In this document: piece after piece, positions 30,579 through 41,502 of the stretch
How positions within the stretch are numbered: position 1 is the first letter of the stretch
Layout of the letters: each line of letters starts with the position of its first letter
Assembly: GCA_963808625.1 (NCBI GenBank)
Contig: CAWEHK010000034.1
Coordinates: 1 to 64,000 of the forward strand
Length of the DNA stretch: 64,000 nt
Origin: an uncultured delta proteobacterium
Lineage (GTDB): Bacteria; Desulfobacterota; Syntrophobacteria; Syntrophobacterales; Syntrophobacteraceae
Direction of reading: 5' to 3'
Program-made: the position numbers and the translations under genes
The notes under the pieces: model-generated
Told to the model about the DNA's origin: nothing
What the model saw: only the letters and a program-made list of their open reading frames with translations
Databases searched by the model: none

Positions 30579-32798
30579 TTACCCCGGCAATTCGATGACG
30601 ATCACGGTCCCCTTGGGGTGGTTGTCGCGAACCCGCACAAAACCATTATGATCGGTGATGATGCTGGCCACGATCGCCAATCCCAGACCGGTTCCCTTTT
30701 CTTTGGTGGAGTAATAAGGTTCGAACATGCGCAGTTTGTCCTCCGGGGAAACGCCATGGCCATTGTCCGAGCACTCCAGCCTGGCGATTTTCAAGATCGG
30801 ATCATAGTAAAGTCCAATCTCGATGAAGCCTTTTCCTCCCTCGAGGGCGTGAAGCGCGTTATCCAGGAGATTGATCATCACCTGTCTGAACTGATCTCGA
30901 TCCAGCTTGAGCGGCGGTATGGTTGCGTCCTTCTCGAGGCCGAAAGTAACTCGAGGATAGGTATGCTGGTAGAAGGAGAGGACTTCCTCAACGATCGTCG
31001 CCAAGTTGCACAGGGTCGGCTGGGCCCGGGGCAGCCGGGCGAACTTGGAAAACTCGTTAACCAGGTGCTTCATGTGATCGACCTGTTCGATAATGGTCCG
31101 GGTACATTGGTCGAAGATGGATCCTTCCACGGCTATGAGCTCGACATGCTGGCGGCGCAGGCGTTGGGCCGAGAGTTTGATGGGTGTCAAGGGGTTCTTG
31201 ATTTCGTGGGCGATGCGGCGGGCCACCTCGCGCCAGGCGGCCATCCGTTGCGCCTTTTCGAGGTCCGTTAAATCGTCAAGGACGACCACCATGCCCATAT
31301 AGTGGTTGCGGTCATCCCTGAGCAGCGAGGCTTTGATGAGGAGCACCATGGGCCGGTTGCCGATAATTACCTGAACCTGCTGCTCCAGGTAAGGCTGGCG
31401 ATTCGAGCGGTATGCCTGCACGAAGGATTTGACGATTTCCAGGTGCGGGGGTTGAAGGATTTCTGAGTAGAGGCGGCCTCTTGCCTGATCAGCCGGCAAG
31501 CCAAAGGTAACTTCCGCAGACTTGTTCATGGTCACAATCGTGCCTTTTGCATCGACGCTCACGACACCCGCAGCGATATTTCTCAACACGATTTCCATGT
31601 AGCGACGCCGGTCCTCTAATTCCGCATGGCTCTGCTGCAAAGCCGTATAGGCGCTGGCCAGCTGCTCGCGGCCGTCGCGCAGGTCTCGCACCATCTTGTT
31701 GAAAGAAGCCATGAGCATGCCGATTTCGTCGTGGCGGTCGGAGTCCAGCTGCAGACTGAGGTCGCCATCCGCAACCGACTGAGTGGCGGAAACCAGTTCC
31801 TGGATGGGGTCGGTAATGTTCTTGGCGAGAAAGAAACCAAACCAGATGGCACCGAAAATAACGAGCAGCGTGATAATGGAAAAGGTAATGAAATGGCTTT
31901 GTTTCAGGGGATGATGCAACAATTTGAGCTGCCGGTAATCCTCGTAGCCGGAACTGATCGCCAACAGTTTGTCCGTGATCTGTGCCGGAAACATTTTAAG
32001 AACCAGCAGCTTCCCCGTGGTTTCCTGGTGTGCGGGACTTTCCAGGGGGAAATCGAGCTGTACAACAAGGCCCTCCTCTTTCTTGCTGAGGGCAAAGGTC
32101 TGCACTTTGGGAGCGCCGGTTTCTTCCTGGGGGCCCAGGCCTTTGAGCTTTGCCGGCTCTACTTTGGGCTTGTCTGCCCGTCGCACCTCCAGGATGACAT
32201 TGCCGTTGTGATCCAGCAAAAAGACGCTGTCCAGGTGATAGATCTGCAGCGAAGGCTCCAGGAATGGGCCGGCGTCGGCCGGGGCGACGTCATGAGCCTT
32301 AAGGAGGGCGGGAAGTTGATCCCTGAGCAATTGCGCATCAATGAGAAAATCTTTCTTTTCCTGTTCGAGATAACCCTTCGCGAAGCTGACCGATTCCTGC
32401 AACGATTGTTCTACCCGATGGCTAAACCAATAATCCAGGCTTGAGAAGATAAACTGGGTGGCAAGCCAGAAGAGGGGAAGGGTGGGAATCAGGCTCAGCC
32501 CCACGAAAGCAGCCACCAGGCGGGTTTTCAATTTGGTCCCGAGAAGATTGCGCTTCCTCTCGAAGACCAGCTTGGCAATGTTCCGCAGCACCAGGTAGGC
32601 GAGCAGCAGGAGCAGGATGACGTTGAGGTTGATCAGAGCGAACATAAGGATATTGCCGGACAACGGCAGGTCCGGCTGCAGTTGGAAGAACCATCCCTCG
32701 AGGAACCCGAAAAAGGTAACGAGAAGGAAGAGCAGGATGATCCAGAACCGTTCTTTGTTGCGACGATCCTTGAAGAAGGGAAACTTGAAGAACTTCAT
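30579..32798 (-). CDS. ntrY: NtrY-type sensor histidine kinase (HAMP-PAS-HK)
   Basis: AAWREVARRIAHEIKNPLTPI, NLLDNA, DNGHG, FEPYYSTK, GTGLGL. Confidence 0.93.
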   Translation of the reverse strand: MKFFKFPFFKDRRNKERFWIILLFLLVTFFGFLEGWFFQLQPDLPLSGNILMFALINLNVILLLLLAYLVLRNIAKLVFERKRNLLGTKLKTRLVAAFVGLSLIPTLPLFWLATQFIFSSLDYWFSHRVEQSLQESVSFAKGYLEQEKKDFLIDAQLLRDQLPALLKAHDVAPADAGPFLEPSLQIYHLDSVFLLDHNGNVILEVRRADKPKVEPAKLKGLGPQEETGAPKVQTFALSKKEEGLVVQLDFPLESPAHQETTGKLLVLKMFPAQITDKLLAISSGYEDYRQLKLLHHPLKQSHFITFSIITLLVIFGAIWFGFFLAKNITDPIQELVSATQSVADGDLSLQLDSDRHDEIGMLMASFNKMVRDLRDGREQLASAYTALQQSHAELEDRRRYMEIVLRNIAAGVVSVDAKGTIVTMNKSAEVTFGLPADQARGRLYSEILQPPHLEIVKSFVQAYRSNRQPYLEQQVQVIIGNRPMVLLIKASLLRDDRNHYMGMVVVLDDLTDLEKAQRMAAWREVARRIAHEIKNPLTPIKLSAQRLRRQHVELIAVEGSIFDQCTRTIIEQVDHMKHLVNEFSKFARLPRAQPTLCNLATIVEEVLSFYQHTYPRVTFGLEKDATIPPLKLDRDQFRQVMINLLDNALHALEGGKGFIEIGLYYDPILKIARLECSDNGHGVSPEDKLRMFEPYYSTKEKGTGLGLAIVASIITDHNGFVRVRDNHPKGTVIVIELPG

Positions 32799-32934
32799 GA
32801 GTGGTGCTTACCGGAAAATGGTTGTGGGTTTCGCACGCTCCCCGTGCCGTGTGGGACAACGGACTCCCTGGACGCCATGTTGAGCGTTCTCGTGGTGCGG
32901 ACTTTCCAGCCCGCAGTCCGGGGCGGGCGGGCGG

Positions 32935-33510
32935 TCATAAGGAGAAAGGGGCCTTCTGCCAGTCCGTTTCGAAATCCCAGAGAGAAACGAAGAAGAAAAT
33001 ATAGCGGAAGAAAAGCGGCAGTTCCACCTTGGAAAGCTCCGCCTTGACGCGCAACTGGAAAGCCTGATTCCTTTCCAGGCGCCATAACGGGAGAAGAGGG
33101 AGATCTTTGACGGTGCTCATCCACTGCTTGGCCTGAACAAAGTCCTTGGTAACCAGAGCGGCCTCAGGATGTTCAGGAAGGTGCACATGGTACTCATTTC
33201 TTAGATAATCGTATTTGATGGTGCGTTCCAGGACCACATCAAGAACCACGGTTGAAAAAAGGAATTCACCGGTTTTTTCCACCACCACGAGGATGCGAAA
33301 CGTCGTGGGCACGCCGCTCTGAATGGCTTCTTCCATGCTCGGAGTGAAACAGTCCCGGATGGAAAAGCTCACCTTCAGATTCTCCGGGTCCAGCGCGATC
33401 TGAACATCCACAATCTCGGCCCTATTCTTTGCCGCGGCTGTGGATACGTGAAACACGCCGAAAAATAGCCAAAAGCAGCACACGATAGCAAATAACGATT
33501 TCTTCATCAT
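32935..33510 (-). CDS. DUF4390-family periplasmic protein
   Basis: Signal peptide, EEAIQSGVPTTF, C-terminal SLWDFETDW; typical position upstream of ntrY. Confidence 0.8.
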   Translation of the reverse strand: MMKKSLFAIVCCFWLFFGVFHVSTAAAKNRAEIVDVQIALDPENLKVSFSIRDCFTPSMEEAIQSGVPTTFRILVVVEKTGEFLFSTVVLDVVLERTIKYDYLRNEYHVHLPEHPEAALVTKDFVQAKQWMSTVKDLPLLPLWRLERNQAFQLRVKAELSKVELPLFFRYIFFFVSLWDFETDWQKAPFSL

Positions 33511-33640
33511 TTTAAACACATATGATACCTGAGAGGGATGACTCCAAAGACGAGACGATTCTACCGAATGCAAAAGAACCTGACAAGCGCTTTCTATTGC
33601 CTGCGGAGGAGCGGTTACCGAGCGCTCTGGATACGGATGC

Positions 33641-34579
33641 CTAGCTGAAGGCGGGAGTTGGCCCGCAAAGGGGTGAAGGGGTGTTGAGCGGAAAAAAAGA
33701 AGCCGGCAGATACGTTGGTGTCGCAATGGCGTGGTGCCCCGGCAAAGAAACGAGTTGTTTGATAAAAGCGTTATGCAAGGCGTGCCCGGCTTTGTGGACC
33801 TCGAAGCGGCCGATCATCGGCTTTCCGGCCAAAGCCAGGTCACCCATGAAATCCAGGATCTTATGACGGACACACTCATCAATGTAGCGGAAGCCGCCCT
33901 GGTTGAGGATGCCGAAATCGTCGAAAACGACGGCATTGGCCAGCGACCCGCCCTGGGCCAGACCATGGCTCTGCATTTTTTCCACGTCCTTGAGAAAGCC
34001 GAAGGTCCTGGCCCTGGCAATCTCCCGGCCGAACGCGGTTTCGTTAAACGACCACAAGAGGGTTTGTTTTCCGACCAGCGGATGGGGGAAGTCGATGGTA
34101 TAGTGCACCTGGAAGTGGTTCGCAGGGGTCGCCTTGACGAAGGCCTCTCCTTCGCGCACCAGGACCGGTCTCGAGATGATCATGCACTCCCGGTGGGCAT
34201 TTTGCTCTTTGAGACCCGCTTCTCCGAGAATTTCAAGATATGGAGCGGCGCTCCCGTCAAAAATGGGGACCTCGGGACCGTCCAGTTCGATCAAAACGTT
34301 ATCGATGCCGGTAGCGTAAAGCGCTGCCATCAAATGTTCGATGGTGGCTACAGTGGCACCATTGGCGCCGATGCTGGTGGCCAGGGAGGTGTTGATGACA
34401 TGATGGGCATGCGCCACCACCGCAGGGTGATGCCCCAGGTCCATGCGCCGAAACCGCACACCAAAATTCGGTGGCGCCGGACGCAGTTTCATGGCAACTT
34501 TGGCGCCCGAGTGAAGGCCGATACCACTACAGGACGCTTCCCGCTGGATTGTGTGCTGCATCATAAATTGTAGATTCAA
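33641..34579 (-). CDS. lpxC: UDP-3-O-acyl-N-acetylglucosamine deacetylase
   Basis: GIGLHSG, TIEHL, EVPIFDGSA, ARTFGF, RHKILDFMGD, KAGH. Confidence 0.97.
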   Translation of the reverse strand: MNLQFMMQHTIQREASCSGIGLHSGAKVAMKLRPAPPNFGVRFRRMDLGHHPAVVAHAHHVINTSLATSIGANGATVATIEHLMAALYATGIDNVLIELDGPEVPIFDGSAAPYLEILGEAGLKEQNAHRECMIISRPVLVREGEAFVKATPANHFQVHYTIDFPHPLVGKQTLLWSFNETAFGREIARARTFGFLKDVEKMQSHGLAQGGSLANAVVFDDFGILNQGGFRYIDECVRHKILDFMGDLALAGKPMIGRFEVHKAGHALHNAFIKQLVSLPGHHAIATPTYLPASFFPLNTPSPLCGPTPAFS

Positions 34580-34606
34580 GCCCCATTCCTCCTCGGTGGG
34601 CTATAG

Positions 34607-34624
34607 AGCATTTACCGTGCCAAA
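34607..34624 (-). promoter_or_regulatory. Sigma54 (-24/-12) promoter for lpxC
   Basis: Minus strand TTTGGCACGGTAAATGCT = GG-N10-GC with TGGCACG core, about 28 bp upstream of the start. Confidence 0.7.
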
Positions 34625-34740
34625 TTAGCTTCTCCCGAATAAATAAATGCCAAAGCGCCCTGAAGGTCCCGATCCATAATCTTTTAACGGGATTGGCGGA
34701 AGACTTCAATTGGCGAATTCTGAGTCCACCAGGCTGTGAC

Positions 34741-34785
34741 GAGTGGCAGAAAAAACACACGGAGTGTGTCATTTTTGCAACACTC
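34741..34785. promoter_or_regulatory. Putative enhancer (paired activator sites)
   Basis: GAGTGGCAGAAAAAACACAC and GTGTGTCATTTTTGCAACACTC are inverted relative to each other, 120-160 bp upstream of the sigma54 site. Confidence 0.45.
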
Positions 34786-34854
34786 GCCCTGGGCGCAAGA
34801 TGATGGGAAACCGCTTCAAGCATAAAATGATCAATGATTGCTTGATTCCAGATG

Positions 34855-35120
34855 GTGGATGCCAGATACTTAGATGGATTTCGGATGTCGGATTTCGGAT
34901 GTCGGATGTCGGAAGCCAGGAGGCAGAAGTCAGAATAGAAAATGATTTCTTCGTGTGTCTTCGTGGATGAGAAAAAGAGAAGTCAGGGGTCAGAATACAG
35001 TCGTCGAAAGCCAGAGGTCAGAAGACAGAATGGGGAACGATTCATTCGTGTGTCTTCGTAGTTCTTCGTGTGACTTCGTGGATCAGAAGAAAGAGTGGCC
35101 GGAAATCGGAAGTCAGGATA
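34855..35120. repeat. Composite heptamer plus CACGAAG-type repeat, inverted relative to 28930..29200
   Basis: GATGTCG/GATTTCG 7-mers; CAGAATAGAAAATGATTTCTTCGTGTGTCTTCGTGGATGAGAAAAAGAGAAGTCAG. Confidence 0.85.
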
Positions 35121-35136
35121 ACGGGAGCGTCGGGTC

Positions 35137-36641
35137 ATGAAAGTTGATGAATTTCCACGGGAAATACAGCCATATTTAGTTCCCGGAACGGATGGCAGAT
35201 ACGTCTATCAATGTATCCACTGCAATGCGAAATACGGCATTGAGAACCTGCTTTACGTCTGCCCGGAGTGCCGGAGTGTCCTCATGATAAAAGATGAAGA
35301 CTGGGAGCGCTTGCGCTCCATTCCGGGCCATTTGTGGCGTAAGATTTTTGACTACCGAAGCATGCTCACCATGCCGGCGATGAAGGGAATCTATCGCTAT
35401 CACGAGCTGATCGGTTCGGTCATCCCCCTGGATGCCGTCATCTACCTCGGGGAAGGCCACACCCCCGTGGTGGCGGCGAACGAGAGGCTTGTCCGCTGGG
35501 CCGGCATTCCGTTCTTCTTCAAAAACGACGGTCAGAATCCCAGTGCCTCCTTCAAGGATCGTGGGATGGCCAGCGCTTTCAGTTATCTCAACTACCTGAT
35601 CAAGAACCAGGGCCTGGGGGATGTCCTGGCAATTTGTGCTTCCACCGGCGATACCTCGGCGGCCGCAGCTCTCTACGCGTCGTATCTGACCGGGGGCGTG
35701 AAGTCCGCCGTGCTGCTGCCCCATGGCAAGGTCACTCCCCAGCAATTGGGCCAGCCGCTGGGCAGCGGTGCAAAGGTGATCGAGGTCCCGGGCGTTTTCG
35801 ATGATTGCATGAAGATCGTCGAGTATCTTTCGGAAAACTTCGCGGTGGCGCTCATGAATTCGAAGAACGCCTGGCGCATCCTGGGGCAGGAATCCTACAG
35901 CTATGAAATTGCCCAGACCTTCGATTTCGATGTGGGCGACCTGGTGGTGGTGGTGCCCATTGGGAATGCCGGGAACATCACGGCGGTTCTCCAGGGATTT
36001 TTAAAGCTCCATGACCTCGGGATCATCACCGCGCTGCCCATGGTCATCGGCGTGCAGTCGGAACATGCCAATCCGGTCTACCTCTATTATCTCGAACCCG
36101 CGGCCGGGAACCGGAAATTTCGTGCTGTGGATGTGCGGCCAAGCGTGGCTCAGGCGGCCATGATCGGCAATCCCGTTTCCATGCCGCGCGTCATTCGCCT
36201 GGTGGAGCAATACCGGGAACTGGCTGGAGCCCATGCCGTTCAGGTGGTCGAGGTGAGCGAGCAGGAGATCATGGATGCCATGCTCACCGCCAATCGTAAT
36301 GGTCACATCGCCTGTACGCAGGGCGGCGAGTCCCTTGCCGGCATTCGCCGGGCAGTCCGGGAAAAGCGGGTGCCGGACAATCGGCTGGCCGTCCTCGATG
36401 CGACGGCACACGCGTTAAAGTTTGCCATCCTTTCAGGACAAATACCTGACGGATAGTTTTGAACCCGAATTTGAGGTGACGCCGAAACCGGAGCTCTTAA
36501 ATGCACCGTACCTGGTTACCCCTCCCCGAAGAGGTGCCGAGACCGGCGCCCGGGAAACCCCTGGCGGGCGAGGCGTTGAAGGAATTTGTGGAGCACACTG
36601 CCGGGGCGATTGCGGAAATGCTGGAATTGAAGCGTCGTTGA
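35137..36641 (+). CDS. thrC: Threonine synthase (C-terminal frameshifts near 36425 and 36525)
   Basis: CxxC..CPEC, LGEGHTP, NPSASFKDRGM, CASTGDTSAA, VPIGNAGN, ATAHALKF. Confidence 0.92.
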
Positions 36642-36806
36642 GCGCTCTGTATTGCTGGCGAGCGATTTTTTTGGATTTTTTCCAAGAGTTTTTTCTAACT
36701 TATTGTTTTCTCTGCGCTCTCTGCGTCTCTGCGGTAAATGCTTTTTGGTTGCGCTTGGAGGCTGCGCTGTGTTCGCGACTGGGTATTAAGGAAAACGGAG
36801 TCAAAG

Positions 36807-37364
36807 ATGGCCAATATTCTGCCTTATAAGAATATCTATCCGAAGCTCGAAGAGGATGTGTTCATTGCTCCGAGCGCCTGGATCATCGGGGATGTGGTGA
36901 TCGGAAAAAGAAGCAGCGTCTGGTTCAACAGTGTGGTGCGCGGCGATGAGCACTACATTCGCATTGGGAGCGAGACCAATGTTCAGGACAGCGCCGTGCT
37001 CCACGGGACACCGGTTGAATTTCCGCTCGAAATTGGCGATCGCGTGACGATCGGCCACGGCGCAATCGTTCACGGTTGCATCGTCGAAGATGAATGCATG
37101 ATCGGCATGGGCGCCATCGTCATGGATGGTGCCCGAATTGGGAAAGGCTCACTGATCGCCGCCGGGTCTCTGGTCACTCAGGGCCTTATTATTCCGCCGG
37201 GGTCACTGGTGGTGGGCTCTCCCGCAAAGGTGATCAAGACGCTCAGCGAGGCCGAGCAAAAACGCATGCTGAGAAGTGTCACCAATTATCTCACGCTCAT
37301 TTCCGAATACCTGAATGATTCAGCATATCAGGATGGGAAAAAAGTGAAGGGCTTTCTGGGCTAG
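36807..37364 (+). CDS. Gamma carbonic anhydrase-like (YrdA/CaiE) hexapeptide protein
   Basis: IGDVVIG..VRGD..TNVQD..H..TIGHGAIVHGC. Confidence 0.92.
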   Translation: MANILPYKNIYPKLEEDVFIAPSAWIIGDVVIGKRSSVWFNSVVRGDEHYIRIGSETNVQDSAVLHGTPVEFPLEIGDRVTIGHGAIVHGCIVEDECMIGMGAIVMDGARIGKGSLIAAGSLVTQGLIIPPGSLVVGSPAKVIKTLSEAEQKRMLRSVTNYLTLISEYLNDSAYQDGKKVKGFLG

Positions 37365-37366
37365 GC

Positions 37367-37619
37367 TCAGTGCCACTCGTGGCTGGAATGGATCCGCAGA
37401 GGTTCATCTAGGACCAGGGGTTGACTTCCCGTCAAGACTCCTCTCCGGATCAGTTCTTCAGCGGCCTTCACCAGGTCCTCCCTCGTTCCATTCCATTGCA
37501 CGGTGAGCCCGGTCAAGGGTGAGGGGTTCTCCTTGATCCAACAGCGCGCAGAGGAGGATGTAAAGCGAGGTCGCCTCAACGCTGGCTTCCAAATTGAAAA
37601 TGGCACGATCCATATGCAT
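37367..37619 (-). CDS. Small hypothetical protein (frameshift near 37505)
   Basis: MDRAIFNLEASVEATSLYILLC continues as VQWNGT..AEELIRRGVL in the adjacent frame. Confidence 0.55.
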
Positions 37620-37663
37620 GACTTTCTCTCCGCAGTTATTCAGGTCCCTTTGGGGCACCCTAA

Positions 37664-37794
37664 CAGGGTGCTGAAAAACCCTCCCCCAACGTCACCCCGG
37701 CGGAAGCCGGGGTCCAGAAAGCCTTGGAGATCCTGGATTCCGGTTTTCACCGGAATGACGGAAAGGGCCTTTGCGACACTTTTTCAGCAGCCTG
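37664..37794. mobile_element. MITE with IS5/IS1182-like TIRs, CTAA target duplication and GTCA-type hairpin cargo
   Basis: CTAA|CAGGGTGCTGAAAAA ... TTTTTCAGCAGCCTG|CTAA; internal CGTCACCCCGGCGGAAGCCGGGGTCCAG...CTGGATTCCGGTTTTCACCGGAATGACG. Confidence 0.8.
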
Positions 37795-37927
37795 CTAAAG
37801 CACGAAAAGCTGTAGGGTGGGCAGGTTGCCCACCAGGACTTTTCGTAACAGCCGTTTGCCTCAACATTTTAAAGGTCTTATACTGTGCGCACCCGATTAT
37901 ACTTTCAACAATTCGAAAGGAGAGTCA

Positions 37928-38209
37928 ATGATGTTGAAAAGAATGGTCGTTGTTATCGTTCTGGTGGTGGGGTTACTATTCAGCGGCTACGCGCTTGCCG
38001 CGGACAATCCGGGCAAAGGCAACCCACAGACCGAATGCCCCATCCAGGGCGGGAAAATCGACAAGAACCTCTACACGGACTACCAGGGCAAACGCATCTA
38101 CTTTTGTTGCAGCAGCTGTATTGATGATTTCAAGAAGGACCCCGACAAATATCTGAAAAAGATGGAACAACAGGGGATTACGTTGGAAAAGGCACCGGGA
38201 TCAAAATGA
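37928..38209 (+). CDS. Secreted YHS/TRASH-like metal-binding protein
   Basis: Signal peptide, QTECPIQGG..YQGKRIYFCCSSC..FKKDPDKYL. Confidence 0.85.
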   Translation: MMLKRMVVVIVLVVGLLFSGYALAADNPGKGNPQTECPIQGGKIDKNLYTDYQGKRIYFCCSSCIDDFKKDPDKYLKKMEQQGITLEKAPGSK

Positions 38210-38427
38210 GTCGGGCAACACATCCCGTCAATCAAATACGGCTCCACAGCCTGGAGTGACCGTAACCCCGAGACGTCAACCCGCATGCTTCCAGCGGGAA
38301 TCCAGAAACAAAGCCTGGATGCTCGCTCCCCGCCTGAAGCCTTCGGGGACAGGCCTCACGGGCATGACGGTTCGTGCTTGGATACCCATTAATGTAGCGT
38401 TGCACTAAGGAAACAATCACCTTGACC

Positions 38428-40225
38428 ATGCAGCAGATTAGAAACTTCAGCATCATTGCCCATATCGATCATGGCAAATCGACCCTGGCCGACCGTTTGA
38501 TTCAGCACGCCGGCCTGGTGACTGACCGGCAGTTTCGCGACCAGATCCTTGATAACATGGACATCGAAAGGGAGCGGGGCATTACCATCAAGAGCCAGAC
38601 CGTGGTGCTCTCCTACACCGGCCGGTCCGGCGAGGTGTTCGCGCTCAATCTCATCGATACTCCCGGTCACGTGGATTTCTCTTATGAAGTGTCCCGCGCC
38701 CTGGCTTCGTGCGAGGGCGTCCTCCTTCTGGTGGACGCTTCCCAGGGGGTTCAGGCGCAGACGATAGCCAACCTCTATGCCGCCATGGAGCATGATCTCA
38801 CCATCATCCCGGTGATCAACAAGATTGACCTGCCTTCGGCCGACATCGATCGCGTCAAAGAGGAGATAGAACACGATCTTGGGGCTTGATGCGGACCATG
38901 CCGTCCTGTGCTCCGCAAAGGAAGGGACAGGAATTGAGGAGGTTCTCGAAGCGATCGTAAATCAGGTTCCGGCCCCGTCGGGCAATGCGGAAAAACCTCT
39001 TACCGCGCTGATCTTCGATGCTCATTACGACTCTTTTCGGGGCACCATTGTGAGCTGCCGTATTTTTGACGGCGTGGTTCGGCCCGGAGACACCATCCGC
39101 CTCATGTCCAACGGCGCAACGCATAAGGTGGAAGAGGTGGGGGTCTTCCGCTTGCCCAGGGAGTCTCAGAAAGAACTGTCGGCGGGCTCCGTGGGGTACC
39201 TGATTGCCGGAATAAAGACCGTGGCCGATATCCGAATCGGTGACACCATCACCCTGGATTCCAATCCCGTTTCCTCTTCCCTGCCCGGATTCAAGGATGT
39301 AAAGCCGGTGGTCTTTTCCTCCCTCTACCCCATCTCTTCCGATGATTATCCCTCTCTCGTGGATGCGCTCGAAAAGTACAAGCTCAACGATGCCTCGCTG
39401 GTGTATCAGAAGGATTCTTCCATCGCCCTCGGCCAGGGTTTCCGGTGCGGCTTTCTCGGGTTGCTTCACCTGGAGATTGTCCAGGAGCGGCTGGAGCGTG
39501 AGTTCGACCAATCGATTATCATGACGGTGCCGAGCGTTCAGTACCGGTTTAACCTTCTCGATGGGACTACCGTCACGGTGGAAAACCCTCAATACTATCC
39601 CGACCCCATTCTTATCAAAGGTTCGGCGGAACCCTTTATCAGCGCCACGATTATCATCCCCGAGCGTTACATGGGTGTGGTGATGAAATTGTGCCTGGAG
39701 CGTCGCGGAGTCAATCCCAGGATCACCTATCCGACGCCGGCCCGGGTTGAAATCAAGTTCGACATGCCTCTTGCCGAAGTCGTTTTTGACTTCTACGACC
39801 GGCTGAAGACGGTCACGCAAGGATACGGCTCGTTTGACTACGAACTGATCGAATACCGGGAGAGCGACCTGGTGAAGCTGGATATCCTGGTGAACAGCGA
39901 AAAGGTGGACGCCCTGTCTCTCATTGTGCACCGTGACCGGGCGAGGGAGTGGGGGCTGCAGGTCTGCGATCGTCTGAAGGAGGAAATCCCGCGACACAAC
40001 TTCAAAATCGCCATTCAGGGCGCCATTGGGGGAAAGATCATTTCGCGGTCCACCATTTCGCCCTTCAGAAAAGATGTCACGGCCAAATGCTACGGCGGGG
40101 ACATCACGCGGAAGCGCAAGCTCCTCGAGAAGCAGAAGAAAGGAAAGGCAAGGATGAAAATGGTGGGCTCGGTGATGATCCCCCAGAGCGCCTTTGTTTC
40201 CGTCCTGAAAGCCAGAGATGAATAA
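38428..40225 (+). CDS. lepA: Elongation factor 4 (frameshift in the G-run at ~38882)
   Basis: [56 protein letters not shown]. Confidence 0.96.
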
Positions 40226-41354
40226 CGAGGAGGCACGAGTCACGACCCGGGGCTTTACCTTCACATTCCCTTCTGCCGCTCAAAATGCCGCTACTGCGAC
40301 TTTTATTCCGTTGCTTCCTCGGCGGCCATCCCGGCATGGCTGCAGGCCGTGCAAAGGGAAGTGCTGCTTTACAAGGAAAGATTTCCGTGTATTTAATTCC
40401 CTCTATCTTGGCGGCGGCACGCCCACCATCCTGGGCGAACGGCAGCTCGCCGCATTGCTGGAGTGCCTCCGCAAGCATTTTACGTTTCTGCCCCGAATCA
40501 GAGATCACCATCGAGGCCAATCCTGACGACCTGTCAAAGGATAAGCTGAAAGCCCTCCGGGACCTGGGCATAAACCGCATCAGTCTTGGAGTGCAATCGC
40601 TTGATGACGGGGACCTGAAATACCTGGGCAGAAGCCACAGTGCGAAGCAGGCGTTGGAAGCGCTCGATCTGATCCGCTCCTGCGGGTTTGCTGATCTCGG
40701 CGTCGATCTCATGTACGGGCTGGAAATTCAGACCCTACCGGGATGGAAACGGACCATCGACAAGGTCCTTGAATTCAGGCCGGAACATCTTTCCTGCTAC
40801 CAGCTGACCATCGAAAGGGGCACGCCGTTATGGAAGATGAAGGCGGCCGGCCGGGTTCGAGCCATCGGAGAAAAGCTGGAGACGGCATTTTTTGTTTTCA
40901 CTTCCCGCTATCTTGAGAAACACGGCTATCTTCACTACGAAATATCCAATTTTGCCCGAAGCCGGGAATATCATGTGCCGTCACAACCGAAAATACTGGA
41001 GCCACGTTCCTTACCTCGGTCTGGGTCCCTCCGCCCATTCGTTCCAGGCTGGGAGCCGATGGTGGAATGTGAGGTCGATCAAGAAATACTGCGAACTCCT
41101 TGCGGTGGGAAAGGCGCCGGTTGAGGCGCGTGAGGCTCTCTCTCAAGAGCAGCTCGATCTGGAAGCGCTCGCCCTTGGCTTAAGGACCAGCGATGGCGTA
41201 AGTCTTCATGCGCCCGGAGGCGGATCGAGATCGGGGAAGGCTTTGGAAGAACTGCAGAAAGCCGCGTCTGGTAAAAGTGAACAACGGAAGAATCCAACCC
41301 ACCCGCAGAGGTTTCCTCGTCGCGGACAGCCTCCCCCTCATGCTTTCCAGTTAG
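40218..41354 (+). CDS. hemW: Radical SAM heme chaperone HemW (multiple frameshifts)
   Basis: Frame-corrected GLYLHIPFCRSKCRYCDF, YLGGGTP, EANP, RISLGVQS, HLSCYQLT, YEISNFA, YLGLGPSAHS; follows lepA. Confidence 0.88.
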
Positions 41355-41502
41355 ACCAAATCGCTTCGCGTACAAACTTCTGGATCAGGGCTTTCGTTGT
41401 TATGAGCGGGGTTATGCTGCGGTAACTCATTTACACATAGGTACCGCTCTCTCCCTCCTGAAGAAAAGACCTTTACCGGATGCGTCCGCTCATATCTATC
41501 CC

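Noticed and set aside
38422..41425. Programmed frameshifting or pseudogenes in lepA and hemW
   Set aside because: Similar indels are spread across many unrelated genes, often in homopolymers; sequencing error is more parsimonious.
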